Positions 19,425 through 31,400 of a DNA stretch of 64,000 bases are shown here, one piece after another. The stretch's first letter is position 1. The number at the start of each line of letters is the position of its first letter. The DNA comes from a virus. Its lineage: Duplodnaviria; Caudoviricetes. The translations under genes and the position numbers were made by a program. Location: positions 32,001-96,000 of the IMG/VR virus record IMGVR_UViG_3300020011_000226; one strand, 5' to 3'. The notes beneath the pieces were generated by a model. The model did no database searches. It saw only the letters and a program-made list of their open reading frames with translations, and had not been told where the DNA came from.

Positions 19425-20252
19425 ATGAAAACAATTAAAGAATGGGCCGAGTACTATAAGTGTAAAGGAATATGGGTATTCCCATTTAATCAAAGTAGTT
19501 TCAGTTGGAATGATTGGCGGGGCAAATCACAGGAAACGTATCAAAAGGAGTTTGATTCCTACAATTGGAAAGATGCCGAAAAGTTGTTAATGGTAGCTGG
19601 GGGTACTAAAAGAAAGGCTGTATTTGTCATTAACAACCTGAAAGACAAGAATATAAACTATGTCTATCGGCTTCTAAAGGCCGCATTATCTGAACTTGGA
19701 TTACCTTCTGGCTATCCTTGGGTTGTTTGGGATAAAAGTATTTTAGGCATTATTGTAGACATATTCCCCGATGTTCAAGGAAAAGCTTTTGAGATTCATG
19801 CCAAAAGAGTGTCTATCATCTGGGAGAAATCTTTTACTGTACCATCCCCTAACTCTAAAATAGATTTCTGGAGTGGCCGTAGGCCTGAAACTAGACCAGA
19901 GCAGGTTGATAGTGGCAGACTAATAGAGGTTGCTAAGAGTTTTCACGAAAAGTATATTGAAGCGAAAGTACATAAGAAAGAAAACATGGCAGAAGTTTCT
20001 GACAAGATAAATAAAGGAGGTGAGTCGTATTTTGAGAAGACTTCATACTGGTATCTAAATAAACTCTTAGGCTTGGTTGGTTTAATAGGGATAATATGCT
20101 ACCTATTCTCCTATTACTATGGCATGACAGATATATTTAACATGGCAACTGTAGGATATTTTATAGGTCTAATACTTATAGTTGTCTTTGTAGTTATGGG
20201 AATAATAAAGATGGTAAGAGGCATAATCAACAAAAAGAATGGTCATATTTAA
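19425..20252 (+). CDS. Hypothetical protein: degenerate Prim-Pol-like N-terminus plus two C-terminal TM helices
   Basis: WAEYYKCKGIWVFP resembles the start of bifunctional primase/polymerase domains; hydrophobic C-terminus; AT-rich. Confidence 0.45.
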   Translation: MKTIKEWAEYYKCKGIWVFPFNQSSFSWNDWRGKSQETYQKEFDSYNWKDAEKLLMVAGGTKRKAVFVINNLKDKNINYVYRLLKAALSELGLPSGYPWVVWDKSILGIIVDIFPDVQGKAFEIHAKRVSIIWEKSFTVPSPNSKIDFWSGRRPETRPEQVDSGRLIEVAKSFHEKYIEAKVHKKENMAEVSDKINKGGESYFEKTSYWYLNKLLGLVGLIGIICYLFSYYYGMTDIFNMATVGYFIGLILIVVFVVMGIIKMVRGIINKKNGHI

Positions 20253-20574
20253 AGAATTACGTAGGTACGAAAAGCGTATAGAAGAAAAGAATAAAAATCG
20301 TAATTGGAGTAATAGAGATTATTTTGCCCGCCAAGAATTGTCAGAAGAAGAGAAAAGCAGATATGTAGAAAGACAGAGCAATATATCTGTTCCTAAAAAA
20401 TCAACAGCAATACAATTACTGTGGCAGAACATGTTATACACAGTAGGGTGCATGGGGCAAGTTGCATTTGTTCTTACTTCCATCGTTTTAATTGTATTGG
20501 TAGGTAGTTATCTGACAAAAGGATGTAGTTCTTATACTGATACTGACCATGTCCATTTTGAAAGATACAAGTAG
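20239..20574 (+). CDS. Membrane hypothetical protein
   Basis: Overlaps the upstream stop; one TM helix. Confidence 0.55.
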   Translation: MVIFKELRRYEKRIEEKNKNRNWSNRDYFARQELSEEEKSRYVERQSNISVPKKSTAIQLLWQNMLYTVGCMGQVAFVLTSIVLIVLVGSYLTKGCSSYTDTDHVHFERYK

Positions 20575-20607
20575 AAAAAAGGGAGAAGGTTTAGTACCCT
20601 CTCCCTC
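20575..20607. terminator. Hairpin terminator between convergent units
   Basis: AAAAAAGGGAGAAGGT-TTAGT-ACCCTCTCCCT. Confidence 0.6.
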
Positions 20608-20661
20608 AACAAACAACAACACTTGCAGGTTATCAAGACAGCAAAACTGCCTTGCACAATA

Positions 20662-23600
20662 TTATTTACCTCTAATTCTCCTGCCATACTCAAAGCCTGA
20701 AGCAGCATCATAAGGATGAGTGAAAGTGTACCATGACCTAAGATAAGGACATAGCCTCATGAACTGGACTTTCCATTTTGGATCACCCTCTTCATACTTA
20801 CCTTCCTTGGACTGCTGATAGTAAAGGTCAGCATTGCTTAAATCTGGATTACCTCCAATAGCATCAATTTGAGTGTCTACAAACAGCTTGGCAATATCCC
20901 AGATGGCTTTAGCTCCAGAGAGTCCTACAGGCACATAGTCAAGCAGAGAAGAAGCCTCATTCCACATACCTCTTGGAGTGTTGAAAGCTTCCTGCTCTCT
21001 ATCCCACCTGTTAGTGAAATAGTAGATAATACCAGCAAGAAGGTTACCAGAAGTATCATTACCAGCATCCCCATCCTCATCTTTGTCACCAAGACCAAAG
21101 TGTCTTCCTGGGGCAGACAGGAATTTCATCAGCATCAGAGCCTGAATAATTAGGAAGTCTGCACCAGTTCTACGCATATTATAGTACTGGTTCTCAGAGA
21201 ATCCTGCCTTCAGCATATCAGCTTTCAGCTTCTCTCCATAGTTCTTATTGAAGAGCATAGGGGGAATAGCTGCCAGCATAAAGGCTTCACCCACAGCTTT
21301 CCAGTTATCCATGTTGTTAATATCATAGAAGGCAGACATCAAGACTTTAAATGCTGTATCATAGTTTCCTTCCACTACCTTGCCCTGAGGAACATTAAAC
21401 TTACTGCCAGCATATCTTCGGTTAATCATACCTAAGGCATACCCACGCATGGATGTTACAAGGCTACCATAGAAGTTCTGTTGGAAAGTAACTTTGTCTT
21501 CTGAGTTATAGATACCATGCAGTCTGTTACAGATATTACGGCATTTATCCATAAACTCTGACTCATCATCGGCATTAAACACATACTCTCCAGATTTTAG
21601 CTGCAAGGCACTCTTCAAAGTCTCCAACTGCTTGACTGTCGTAGGAACAGCAAAACCTTCATCAGCCAAGCACTCTCTTTCTGCATCAGAGAACATATTA
21701 AGAGCTACAGGATTACTTCCTCTTGCACCAGGGTTATTCAGATAGAATCTCTCAACTCTTTCCAGCATACCTTGTACAGTATCATACTTATCTATGTCAG
21801 CGGCATTGCGGAAGATGCCATCCTTCAGCTTTAGTTTTTTGGGTGTCCTGCCTAACATATCTCCAGAAGCATTGTCTATTGCAAACACCTCATCACCATC
21901 CACTATCTCATAGGCATCAATCAGTTTCATGGAATTACCTTCATGGTCATATACCCTCATCTTATTGCCCATTGCATAGTAAGGGATAGTTTGCATATAG
22001 TGATCTCCACTTGAATAAGGAAGCATCATGGTATGGGAGAACCAACTCCATAGTCTGTTGTCCAAGACACTCATAGCTTTGGTGTCATACTTCTGGTCAT
22101 GCAGGAAGCTCCTATTTTCACTAAGGATGTTCCAGTGCCTGATCCATAAAGAGTTTTTGTCATCTGGTCTTTGTACATTGGCAAGGCTTAATCCCATTGT
22201 CTTCATAAGGCCATCAAAATACATCTGATGGGCAACATTCACATCAGCCATAGAGAAGTTCTCCCCTGCTACTGCCTCCTTGAATATCTCAAACATACCA
22301 GTGCCAGTATTGACAATTCCACCGTGGAGATTGCCGTAAAGTAAAATTCTACCACCAATAGAGGAAAGATTATTGGCAAGCTTTCTCCACATGCCTTTTC
22401 TGTCCCAAGAAGGAGGGTCTACATTAATACCATATATTTGCTTCTCCAAGAATTTGACATACCTACTGTAGGCTCTCGACTCTTCTTCTCTATTAGCCTC
22501 AATCTTATTACCCACCTTACGCTGCTTCAACACATCTCTTCCTAACTCAAAGATGTCTACTACCTGCTCCATAGCTTTATAGGTTGCAGCCATAGAGCCA
22601 TAGGAAAGCATAGTACCAAAGAGGTCAGTAGACAAATCCTCCATGTTTTTCAGCTTATTGATGCCATAAAGAGGAAGCCTGTTTACCTTCTCCCTCTCAA
22701 AGAACATAGGATTCTCCAGAGGGTCTTCCGTAATCTCATTGAACTCATTGTTAGAACCAAAGAGATAGGCTTCATCAGGACGTACTGCCCAGAAGTCTTG
22801 GGCTTTCCTTCTCATAGCATGACCAAAAGCAGGTAAGCTATTGCCCATTTGTGCTCTCAGATTCCTAAACCTATGTGAGAACCTGCCAGTCATTTGAGGT
22901 GCTCTCCAACGTACAGTAGCATTCTGAGGAAGCAGGCTGTCCATTTCATCCTTTAATTCCATAAAGGCATTATACCATTTAAGCCTTTTAGTCCTCTCAG
23001 CTACTTCTTGAGCAGTTAGGCTAGGATTGGTAGTGTCAAACAAGGCATCCCATTGGCTATTATGATACTTTACGTGGTTAGGAACCATTCTCTTCTTTCC
23101 TAAGGCAGACTTATCCTCTTCAGAGTTTTCTTCATGCCACCTCTGCCATTGAGGATCTACAAAGTTATGATAGAAGATAGCTCTCTGTTGGTCAGTTAGG
23201 CTAAAGGTGTACCCAAGAACTCCTTTGTTGGCCTCATAGGCTTTTCTTTTCAGTTCAGCAAGATACTCATTGAAATCTCTTTTTAGCTGTTGAGCAAACT
23301 CATGGCGAGCCTTCTCCCATTCTCCATAGTTTACTCGAGACACAAGGTTGCCTGTCTTAGTTCTATGACCTTCAGTATCTACTGTTTCTTCAAAGAGCAT
23401 GGTACAATCAGTACTGCCAAAAGCCTCCTGCATCTGAAGCCTTAAAGCTTCTACCTGATCCCAGAACCTTGAAGCAATTCTGTCAGCCTGCATATTAGCA
23501 TTCTTAGTTACTTTATTGCCTACTGCTGTTACAAAGTCTCCACAGTCAGCAGCTGAACTAAGATACCTGTCAAGCCATGATATATCCTCATCCATAGAGT

Positions 23601-25452
23601 CTATCATGTCTTGAATTTCTATATGCCTGTTACCACTCTTGACCAGTTTGAATTTCCACCCTTTTTGCTGCCAGACCTTACCAGCATTCATCTCGATAAA
23701 GTCCTTACCGTAGAAATTACTGATGGCATCAATGAAAATCTGCCTTCTCTTTAGTTCCATTACCTTCTGAATACCATTCACCTGCTGCTCTGCACCTTGA
23801 GTATCTGTATAGGTTTCATCAGTACCAACTAATACATCTCCTAACCTCTTGACAGCTTCACGCAGGTTAGTTACCACCTGATTACCATCTGCATCAGGGA
23901 ATTGTACAACATCATTAGCATTCAAAGTGTCAAGCTTGCTGGAGATAGCCAGATAGAGTTCAGCAATATTCTTGATTGCAGTATTGACAGTTCTCATATT
24001 TCTGGCATTCGTAGAGATGCTGGCATAAGACTGTGCTCTATCAGCAGGCTGAATCTGATCAAGCAGGCTTCTGATGTCAGTATCAAGAATTTGGGTAATA
24101 CCCTCCAAGGCAACCACCATACCCTCTATTGAAGCCCCTTTGGCAAACAAATCCAGTGACATCTGGGAACCATAATTAGCCTGAATGCCTTTAGTCAAGG
24201 TCTTCAGCTTGTTAAGAATATCTCTATTGGTTGGACTTTCTGCCCTTCCTATAGAGGTTCTTAGTCTTGAAATCATGTCCTTCAAGCTACCAACAGTATC
24301 ATAGTAAGCTCCGACATTCCTTCTGACATCATCAGACAGTCTTTTGCTAACACTTCCCCCTACAAAAGTTTCCTGAGTATTTAAGGCCTCTGCTACATCA
24401 GCATCATCAGGATTAGTAATAAATCCTTGAGCGGCCGTAGAAGCAGCTTCTCTTGCCCTCTCTACCATTCTTTGAACCTCATCAGGCTTGTACATGCCAA
24501 AGATTCTCTTTACAAGATTAGACAGCTTTTTCAACAGCCATTTTACTGTCTGGGGAATAGAGTTACCTACAGCAGCACTTTTGGTTTTTTGTGCATCACG
24601 GAAGGGCTGCAACAACTGCCTACCGATCAGAATACCAGCAGCCTCTCTTGCAGATGCCTCAGATACAATAAAGTCATCCCTCATCATGTCAGAGTCTACA
24701 TTGCGGAAAATAGCTGTCTGTACCTCAGGAGTGAGCATGTTTATCAGTCTTTGTACCATAGGGCTATCCTGCATAGCAGCTACTATAAAGTGTCCAGCTG
24801 CCTCTGCTGTCTCCAAGGCACTGCTTTGTCCGTCCAGAATACTTGCTACAGCCATAAGGCCGTCAGTATCAAGATGGGCATTGTGCGTAGAATACCGTAC
24901 TGCATAACTTGGATTATTCAGGAACTCTATAGAAAGTCCTTTGTCTTGTAGTACCAGTCTAAGTGCATCAGTCAGAATCTTGTTTTGCACATGGTCAGCC
25001 AGTTCATACTCTGTGGTTGGATTTCTCTCTACCACCTTAACAGAATACTTACCATCCTCTTCCTGTTTCAGTGTGGCCAGGAAGTCTTGGTTAAACTGAT
25101 TCTGCTTGTTGAATTTCAGCACATTGTCAAGAGCCTCAGAGTAGTCATACTTACCAGCAATCTCCCTGTTCAAGTGCTCCAAAGTTCTTGCATTAGATAA
25201 ATCACTGTATTCCCCATCTCTCTCCAAAGCCTTTTTCAATGAGGCAATAGTAACTTCCCCATCAGCATCAAACTCCAGTATATCACTGTTCTCACGCAGG
25301 AAGTTACTATCCTTAGTGAGAAAATAATGGGTAACAGCAGCACGTCTGTCACCTTTAAAGAACTTAGAGAGTTCATTCCAAAGGGCAGACACTTTAATCT
25401 GCCCCCTGGAATCCCTCACATTACATGTCAATGAACATTTTTCACCTGCCAT
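20662..25452 (-). CDS. Large virion RNAP-associated protein, 1596 aa
   Basis: Directly downstream of the RNAP gene; MAGEKCSL...SALWNEL N-terminus; degenerate zincin-like ETAEAAGHF segment as in crAss giant proteins. Confidence 0.7.
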   Translation of the reverse strand: MAGEKCSLTCNVRDSRGQIKVSALWNELSKFFKGDRRAAVTHYFLTKDSNFLRENSDILEFDADGEVTIASLKKALERDGEYSDLSNARTLEHLNREIAGKYDYSEALDNVLKFNKQNQFNQDFLATLKQEEDGKYSVKVVERNPTTEYELADHVQNKILTDALRLVLQDKGLSIEFLNNPSYAVRYSTHNAHLDTDGLMAVASILDGQSSALETAEAAGHFIVAAMQDSPMVQRLINMLTPEVQTAIFRNVDSDMMRDDFIVSEASAREAAGILIGRQLLQPFRDAQKTKSAAVGNSIPQTVKWLLKKLSNLVKRIFGMYKPDEVQRMVERAREAASTAAQGFITNPDDADVAEALNTQETFVGGSVSKRLSDDVRRNVGAYYDTVGSLKDMISRLRTSIGRAESPTNRDILNKLKTLTKGIQANYGSQMSLDLFAKGASIEGMVVALEGITQILDTDIRSLLDQIQPADRAQSYASISTNARNMRTVNTAIKNIAELYLAISSKLDTLNANDVVQFPDADGNQVVTNLREAVKRLGDVLVGTDETYTDTQGAEQQVNGIQKVMELKRRQIFIDAISNFYGKDFIEMNAGKVWQQKGWKFKLVKSGNRHIEIQDMIDSMDEDISWLDRYLSSAADCGDFVTAVGNKVTKNANMQADRIASRFWDQVEALRLQMQEAFGSTDCTMLFEETVDTEGHRTKTGNLVSRVNYGEWEKARHEFAQQLKRDFNEYLAELKRKAYEANKGVLGYTFSLTDQQRAIFYHNFVDPQWQRWHEENSEEDKSALGKKRMVPNHVKYHNSQWDALFDTTNPSLTAQEVAERTKRLKWYNAFMELKDEMDSLLPQNATVRWRAPQMTGRFSHRFRNLRAQMGNSLPAFGHAMRRKAQDFWAVRPDEAYLFGSNNEFNEITEDPLENPMFFEREKVNRLPLYGINKLKNMEDLSTDLFGTMLSYGSMAATYKAMEQVVDIFELGRDVLKQRKVGNKIEANREEESRAYSRYVKFLEKQIYGINVDPPSWDRKGMWRKLANNLSSIGGRILLYGNLHGGIVNTGTGMFEIFKEAVAGENFSMADVNVAHQMYFDGLMKTMGLSLANVQRPDDKNSLWIRHWNILSENRSFLHDQKYDTKAMSVLDNRLWSWFSHTMMLPYSSGDHYMQTIPYYAMGNKMRVYDHEGNSMKLIDAYEIVDGDEVFAIDNASGDMLGRTPKKLKLKDGIFRNAADIDKYDTVQGMLERVERFYLNNPGARGSNPVALNMFSDAERECLADEGFAVPTTVKQLETLKSALQLKSGEYVFNADDESEFMDKCRNICNRLHGIYNSEDKVTFQQNFYGSLVTSMRGYALGMINRRYAGSKFNVPQGKVVEGNYDTAFKVLMSAFYDINNMDNWKAVGEAFMLAAIPPMLFNKNYGEKLKADMLKAGFSENQYYNMRRTGADFLIIQALMLMKFLSAPGRHFGLGDKDEDGDAGNDTSGNLLAGIIYYFTNRWDREQEAFNTPRGMWNEASSLLDYVPVGLSGAKAIWDIAKLFVDTQIDAIGGNPDLSNADLYYQQSKEGKYEEGDPKWKVQFMRLCPYLRSWYTFTHPYDAASGFEYGRRIRGK

Positions 25453-25480
25453 ATTGTTATCCTCTTAATCATTTTATACC

Positions 25481-28400
25481 TTAACATACATCTACTACCT
25501 CGCCTTTATCATCCAATGTCTGCATTCTTTCTCCTCTACCAATTCTTTTTGCAAGATCATTGAGAATATCTACATTTTGACTATCAGAAGTGTCTTGCAT
25601 CAGGGATTTAAAGTCCTGAGCACTAAAGCCCTGCATATCATCCCGTGCAAAAACTTTCTCATTATCTTTTCGGAATTGCTTAAACATTCTTTCCCATTCT
25701 GTGTCAGTAAACATCTGAGATACATCAGTACCTATCTCAATATGGGCTCCTTCAGGAGTGGCAGGGGCTTCGCCCTCAACAGCTTCATTGTTGGCAATGG
25801 AGTTATCAGTTACAGTTTCTTCTACTGAACGGAAGTTATTAAGACTGCCAGACCTCTGATAAGCTTCAAAGGCTGCATTACCAAAGTACTGGATATGCTG
25901 GCCCTTGATACCTTGTGCATGTACCAGTTTATAGGTCATAGTACCATCAGCAGAAGAAGTGACATTGAACCTGTCACCCCTTGAGTTAGCCATGTAGTAG
26001 ACAGTGCTTCCATCCCTTTCCAATGCAATTACAGGTCTGAACGCATTTTCACCCTTTGCCAAGGTGTCATCATAGATGGTAAAGAGGCTTGCCACATCTT
26101 TGCCTACAGACTTAAGGGAAATGGAGAATTCATTGTTCCAGTACTTTCCCTGCTCATTATAAGCCAGATTATTGACAGTGCTTCTTGCATTACCTTTGGG
26201 AGTAAATACAAATTTCTTATTATCCAGATGATTCAGAATATACTGCTTGGCAAAGCTTATCAGGTCATTGCTATCCATGCTAACATTGCCATCAATCACA
26301 TCGTTGATGAAATCTATATAACCTTCTTCAGTAGAGTTGTTATTAACTCTAAGACCAAGCTTCAATAAAGTAGGAGCAAGACTCATGGAAGATGTAGGAT
26401 GGAAATTATAGCCAAGCTTATAGAAATTGTAGAAATACAAATCTTCAGCCAGCTGTTTGACAGGAATATCAACCTGAAGGAAGTTACTATGAACTATCTC
26501 ATCAGAATTATAAGCCTGCGCCCATGCTTCAGTAATTAGGTTGGATGTCCTTGTTTGAAGGCCTCCCATACCTTGTACTGAAATCTGTAGAGGATTAGTC
26601 TCTGCATCAGCATCTGCATCTCCTGTGATAGTCAGTGCATCAAAGAAAGGTATGTGCGAAAGTACCCCCTCTGCCTTGAGAGCATGGAGTAGCATAGGAT
26701 AGTGTTGGGTATAATACTGGCGGTTAGTGATATTACCAGTCGGATCTACAAATAGATTGGCAGTCTCACCATCAAATGAACTTCCCCGTTGTTTTGATAA
26801 CAAATAAAGAATGAACTCCCTATGTAGAGAATTGACTGTATCAGCATCCAAGCCACCATACTTAGTCAGCCTACGCATAATATTTCTCATGTTGCTGTAC
26901 AACTGGGTATAGTAGGGGAAATGCTTCTTAAAGAGGCTCCTTGTGGTCTTTCTTGACAAGTCCATCATACATTGCTCAAAAGCCAGAGGATTCCTTGACA
27001 TCTGAGACATATATTCCTCAGGAGTCAAGTCTAATAGCTCCTCGTCAATATTAAGAATGCCTTGATTATTCTCAGATACTGCCTCTTCTCCTGCATGAAG
27101 AACTCTGTTGCTTCTTGCTTCAGAAGGGTCAAAGAGCTGAAAGGCAAGTCTTCTTGGATCTACAGGCCCTGTAGGCTCTTTCATGTATTTCTCAATAAAA
27201 GTCCTTACTCTCTCTTCTTGTGCCAGCTGTTCTCCCCATGTAGAGCCTACAGAATTGGCAGCAGTAAATCTGGTACACTGCACAAAGCTGTTCACATCAG
27301 CAGTATCTGCCATCAACTCATTGAAAAGCCACAACACCTGAAGCTGTCCTTGCTTAAACTCTTGAGGCATATTACTCTTATCGATGGTTCTGTCAGTAAG
27401 GATGTTATCTGCCAGCTTATCAGAGGTGGCATTGATAGCATCATACTTAATGTTCTCCAACTGCATTCTGCTGCCTCCATACCTTTTCAGCATTTCAGCT
27501 ATGGCCACATCGGTAGAAACACTCTCATTGGCTATATAGTTACACAGTTCCTTGATGATAGGCTGATTGAACAGTAGGCCAATCTCTTGGGGAGTATATC
27601 CTATTCTTGCCAACAGTGCTCCTGCATCAGCAGTTGTCAAGTTGAGGTTTAGGAAGTTCAGCACAGGGTCTTTCACAGCATCTACAGAAGCAGCCAAGTA
27701 TTCAGCTACATTAGTATCTACATCTATACCCTCAGGAGCATGAAGCATATCAAACAAGCCTCTTGCACTATGGTTACCAAACTTAATAGGATCTCTCAAT
27801 GATAACTCATGGAGAGTAGAAGCATACACGTGGTTGGTGTTTTGGTTGGCAAAGATACCAATCAACTTACCTGCCACCTGATTCTGCTGATTATACACCA
27901 AGATGGCAGTTGGGTCAGAGACATCATACTCAGGCTCAGGGTCTTTCCTTTCACCTCTGTTAATGCTCTCCACATAACTGTCTACCTTTGACCAGTCAAT
28001 CTTACCATTGGTAGTGATGTCTTCTTTGTCAGCAAACTGAAGGACTCTCATTCTCAAGGCTGCATCCCTGTTAGATTCAAATCCACCAGGAGTATAGCGA
28101 GCTTTCAAGGTTTCCTTATCCATCAATCTTTGTCTGATAAGGTCTATCAGCATATTGTTTCTGGCTACACGGGAGTTACCTTTAGTAACCACCTCACCAT
28201 TTTTCCCTATCACAGGGTTCAGTGGTGAAGCCTCTGGGTTATAGGTGTCAAATACAGGATACTTATCTCTATGGTCTTCCAGATATTTGGTAAATGCCTC
28301 TTCTGGAGTTCCTTCAAGACCTGCTGATTCCCAGTAATAGTACAACCTGTCCTTATGCTTGGTCTGCTTATTCAGCTCACCCAGTCCAGAGAAGTCATCC

Positions 28401-31400
28401 TTGAATCCTGTTGCCAAGACATCCATTAGCTTTAAACCTAACTGATCATTGTCTCTTGCCTCGCGCAAAGCCTCTTTCCATTGTGGATGCATCTCATAGA
28501 TACTATTCCAGATATTCTCAATATCCTTGTCTGACAAATGAGTCTGAGCAAACTCCCTCATGAAGAAGTAGAGCTTATCAATATCAAAGTCAAAGCCAGC
28601 AGTGGTAGTTCTGGAAGAAGGAACCTTCAGAGTACCGCCAGCCAGAGGATTAGAGAACCTGAATACCTTGGCGTTTACCATAGAGTAGTCACGCTCTGTG
28701 GGAATACGGTAGGCTATAATATCAAGAATACCTTTGTACTTAGTCTCAATCAGAGGTACATAGTAGCCTTGCTCAGGGTCAATAGCTCTACCATACTTGT
28801 CTCTACCACTTACAGGCCAAGACAGATACTCTTTTGCGTCATCACCATATACTATTTGGTCAGACATCTTCAGTGTACCATCTGGATTACACCAGTCCTC
28901 AAATCTTAAACCTACATTCTTGCCAGTAGCAGAAGTATAGCTTAGATTCCAAGGCATCTCTATCTCGTCATAGAGTACATTGTCACCTTCAGGACTGACT
29001 ACCTCAAACAAATCACCTGACTCCTCATAACCAGAAAGACCTAAGGCAGAAGCCTGAACAGCAGAACCACCCTTAATCTTCTGCTTGTTGACACCCTTCT
29101 TGAAGAGTGAAAATAGTAGAGCTGTAGCATCATGTTCAAGACCAGGTTCACCAAGAGGCACTACAAACTGTCCCTTGTTTTCACCATCCTCAATGATAGA
29201 GAATCCAAAAGCATTATCCTCAGACTGATTGGCATTAGATACAATGTTCTGAATCATCTTATCAGAGAGTTTCTGATTAGTAGCAGTCTCAGTAGCAAAC
29301 CTATTGTAACTGTCAAACAGGTTACCCATCACCAGACAGTTATAGAGGCTCACCAAGTTCCTACCACTAAGATGCACCTTACCCATACCAGGCAGATAGA
29401 CTGTAGGGCCTAGAGCATCCTCAGACTTACCCAATATATTAGAAAGGTAGTCATAGTTGTGACTCTTATTGATACCAGCAAGAATCAGTTTTCTTATCTG
29501 AGTACCAAACAGCTGTGCATGGTTTAGATGTTCAGGAACACCAGACTGAATCCTATAGTCACTCCAAGGCAGATTATGCACATAAGCCTTATCAAGAGCT
29601 GCATTGATAGTTTCAGTGGTGTTAGCTCCTTTTAAGTCAGAAGAACCAAAAGCACCCACCTTGACACACTTGGTAGAAGCTACAAGGTCAATATCATTGT
29701 TCTCCATCCAAACAGCCATATCCTTCAGCTTGCCTTCCATCATCAATTCAGGAATCAGGACAACTTCTGCATATTTGTGCTGTACAGGAATTAAAGCCAT
29801 ATCACCCTCATCATTAATCTTCAGCTTCTCAAGACTATAAAGATAAGGTTTAATAGGTTGAAAGATGACTGCCAACTGAGCAATCTCTTGAATGTCTGCT
29901 TCAGTAAGAGGCTGTCCATTATTCCTAATGTTCATGATTCTCTTGTAAGCCTCTTCCATAGGTCTTGTCCATTCGCCAGCCATACCTTTTACAGCACGGT
30001 AGGAAGAAAGAGATCTATAGCCCTGACCATCAGTGAGAGTATTCTCTTTGTAGGCTTTTACCACAGGGCTATTATCTCCAAAAGTCTTTTGGAGTAACTG
30101 GAAGAAGAGAGGATTGACATCCTCTGAACTGACTGCAATATCATCAAAGTAAACAACCTTCTCATAGCTTCTATTACTGTAGAGATTTCCATCAAAATCT
30201 CTTGCTTCAGCACTCACACCTTTACCAGGAGCATAGATTTCCTTGTATCTCTTCTGCAAGTCCTTAACAGGATACCTATGGTCATAGAAGGCAGGGTCAA
30301 CAGTAAACAACTGAAGTTGCTGAATAGTAGCATACTTGGTATTCCAGAAGAAATCATCAACCAGACTGTCAATACTGTTATTGAACCACTTGACATTCTG
30401 ACCAAAGTAGCCCTTGGGGTCAGTATAAGTAATAACTCCACCTTCCCCCTTAACCCTCTCTATGACTCCTGCATTAGCCAACTTCTCCATAAAGTCAGCT
30501 TTAGAATCATCCATATAGGTCTGAATAGCATCAGTCAAAGCATCAGTTCCAAGAGCATCCCTGGCAGCATCAATAGCTTCCTCACGGGACATAACCTTCA
30601 TCTCAGCATCAGTCATCTGCTGGTTGCCAGTCAAAATTTTCCAATACTTACCATCGACAAAGTTAGGATTAAGGAACTTCATCATAGTGAATTCATCGGC
30701 AGTTTGAGAGAAGTTGTCAATAGTCTTAAAGCCGCCTTTCTCCAATACCTCATTGGTAGCCTTGACATACTTCATTCTCTCGATCTCCTGACGGAATACA
30801 TCCTTCATACCTTCCATAATCTCAGCCTTAGAATATCTCTTGGCAGTAAAGAACATCTGAGCACCTGAGTCACCTAAGATAAAGCAAGGATACTTAGCCA
30901 GCCTGCTCTTACCATGACTTTGGTCAAGCAGCTGAACAAACTGCTTCATCATTGCTTCTGCATGCTGCTTCTCAGTGAAATTCTCAAAGATAGCCACCTG
31001 CTTATCTATGTTAGAGCCAAGGAACTCATCAAACTCAAAGACCTTAGCCAAAGCATCGAAATCAATGATAACATTGCCCTTGCTATCAGTTCTGATAGAA
31101 TCATACATCTCCTGAAGCCACTTATTAAGAAACCTTCCTTCAGCCTTATCATAGAAGAAAGAGGACTGTCCCCACTTATCCATGATGAATGACTTCAGTC
31201 CCTCAGCATCCCCCTCATTGACAAACTCATGGATTTTATCTACCATATCACCCATATAAGAGGGAGTCCTGTCTGAGTATCTGGAGTTAGCCTTACCCTT
31301 TCTGTCAAACCAAGAGACCCTGCGTTCTGTCTTTAATCTGCTGTCTACACTGGCTAAAGCATCCAGCATTTTGATAATGCGGTCATTACCAGCACCTCTG

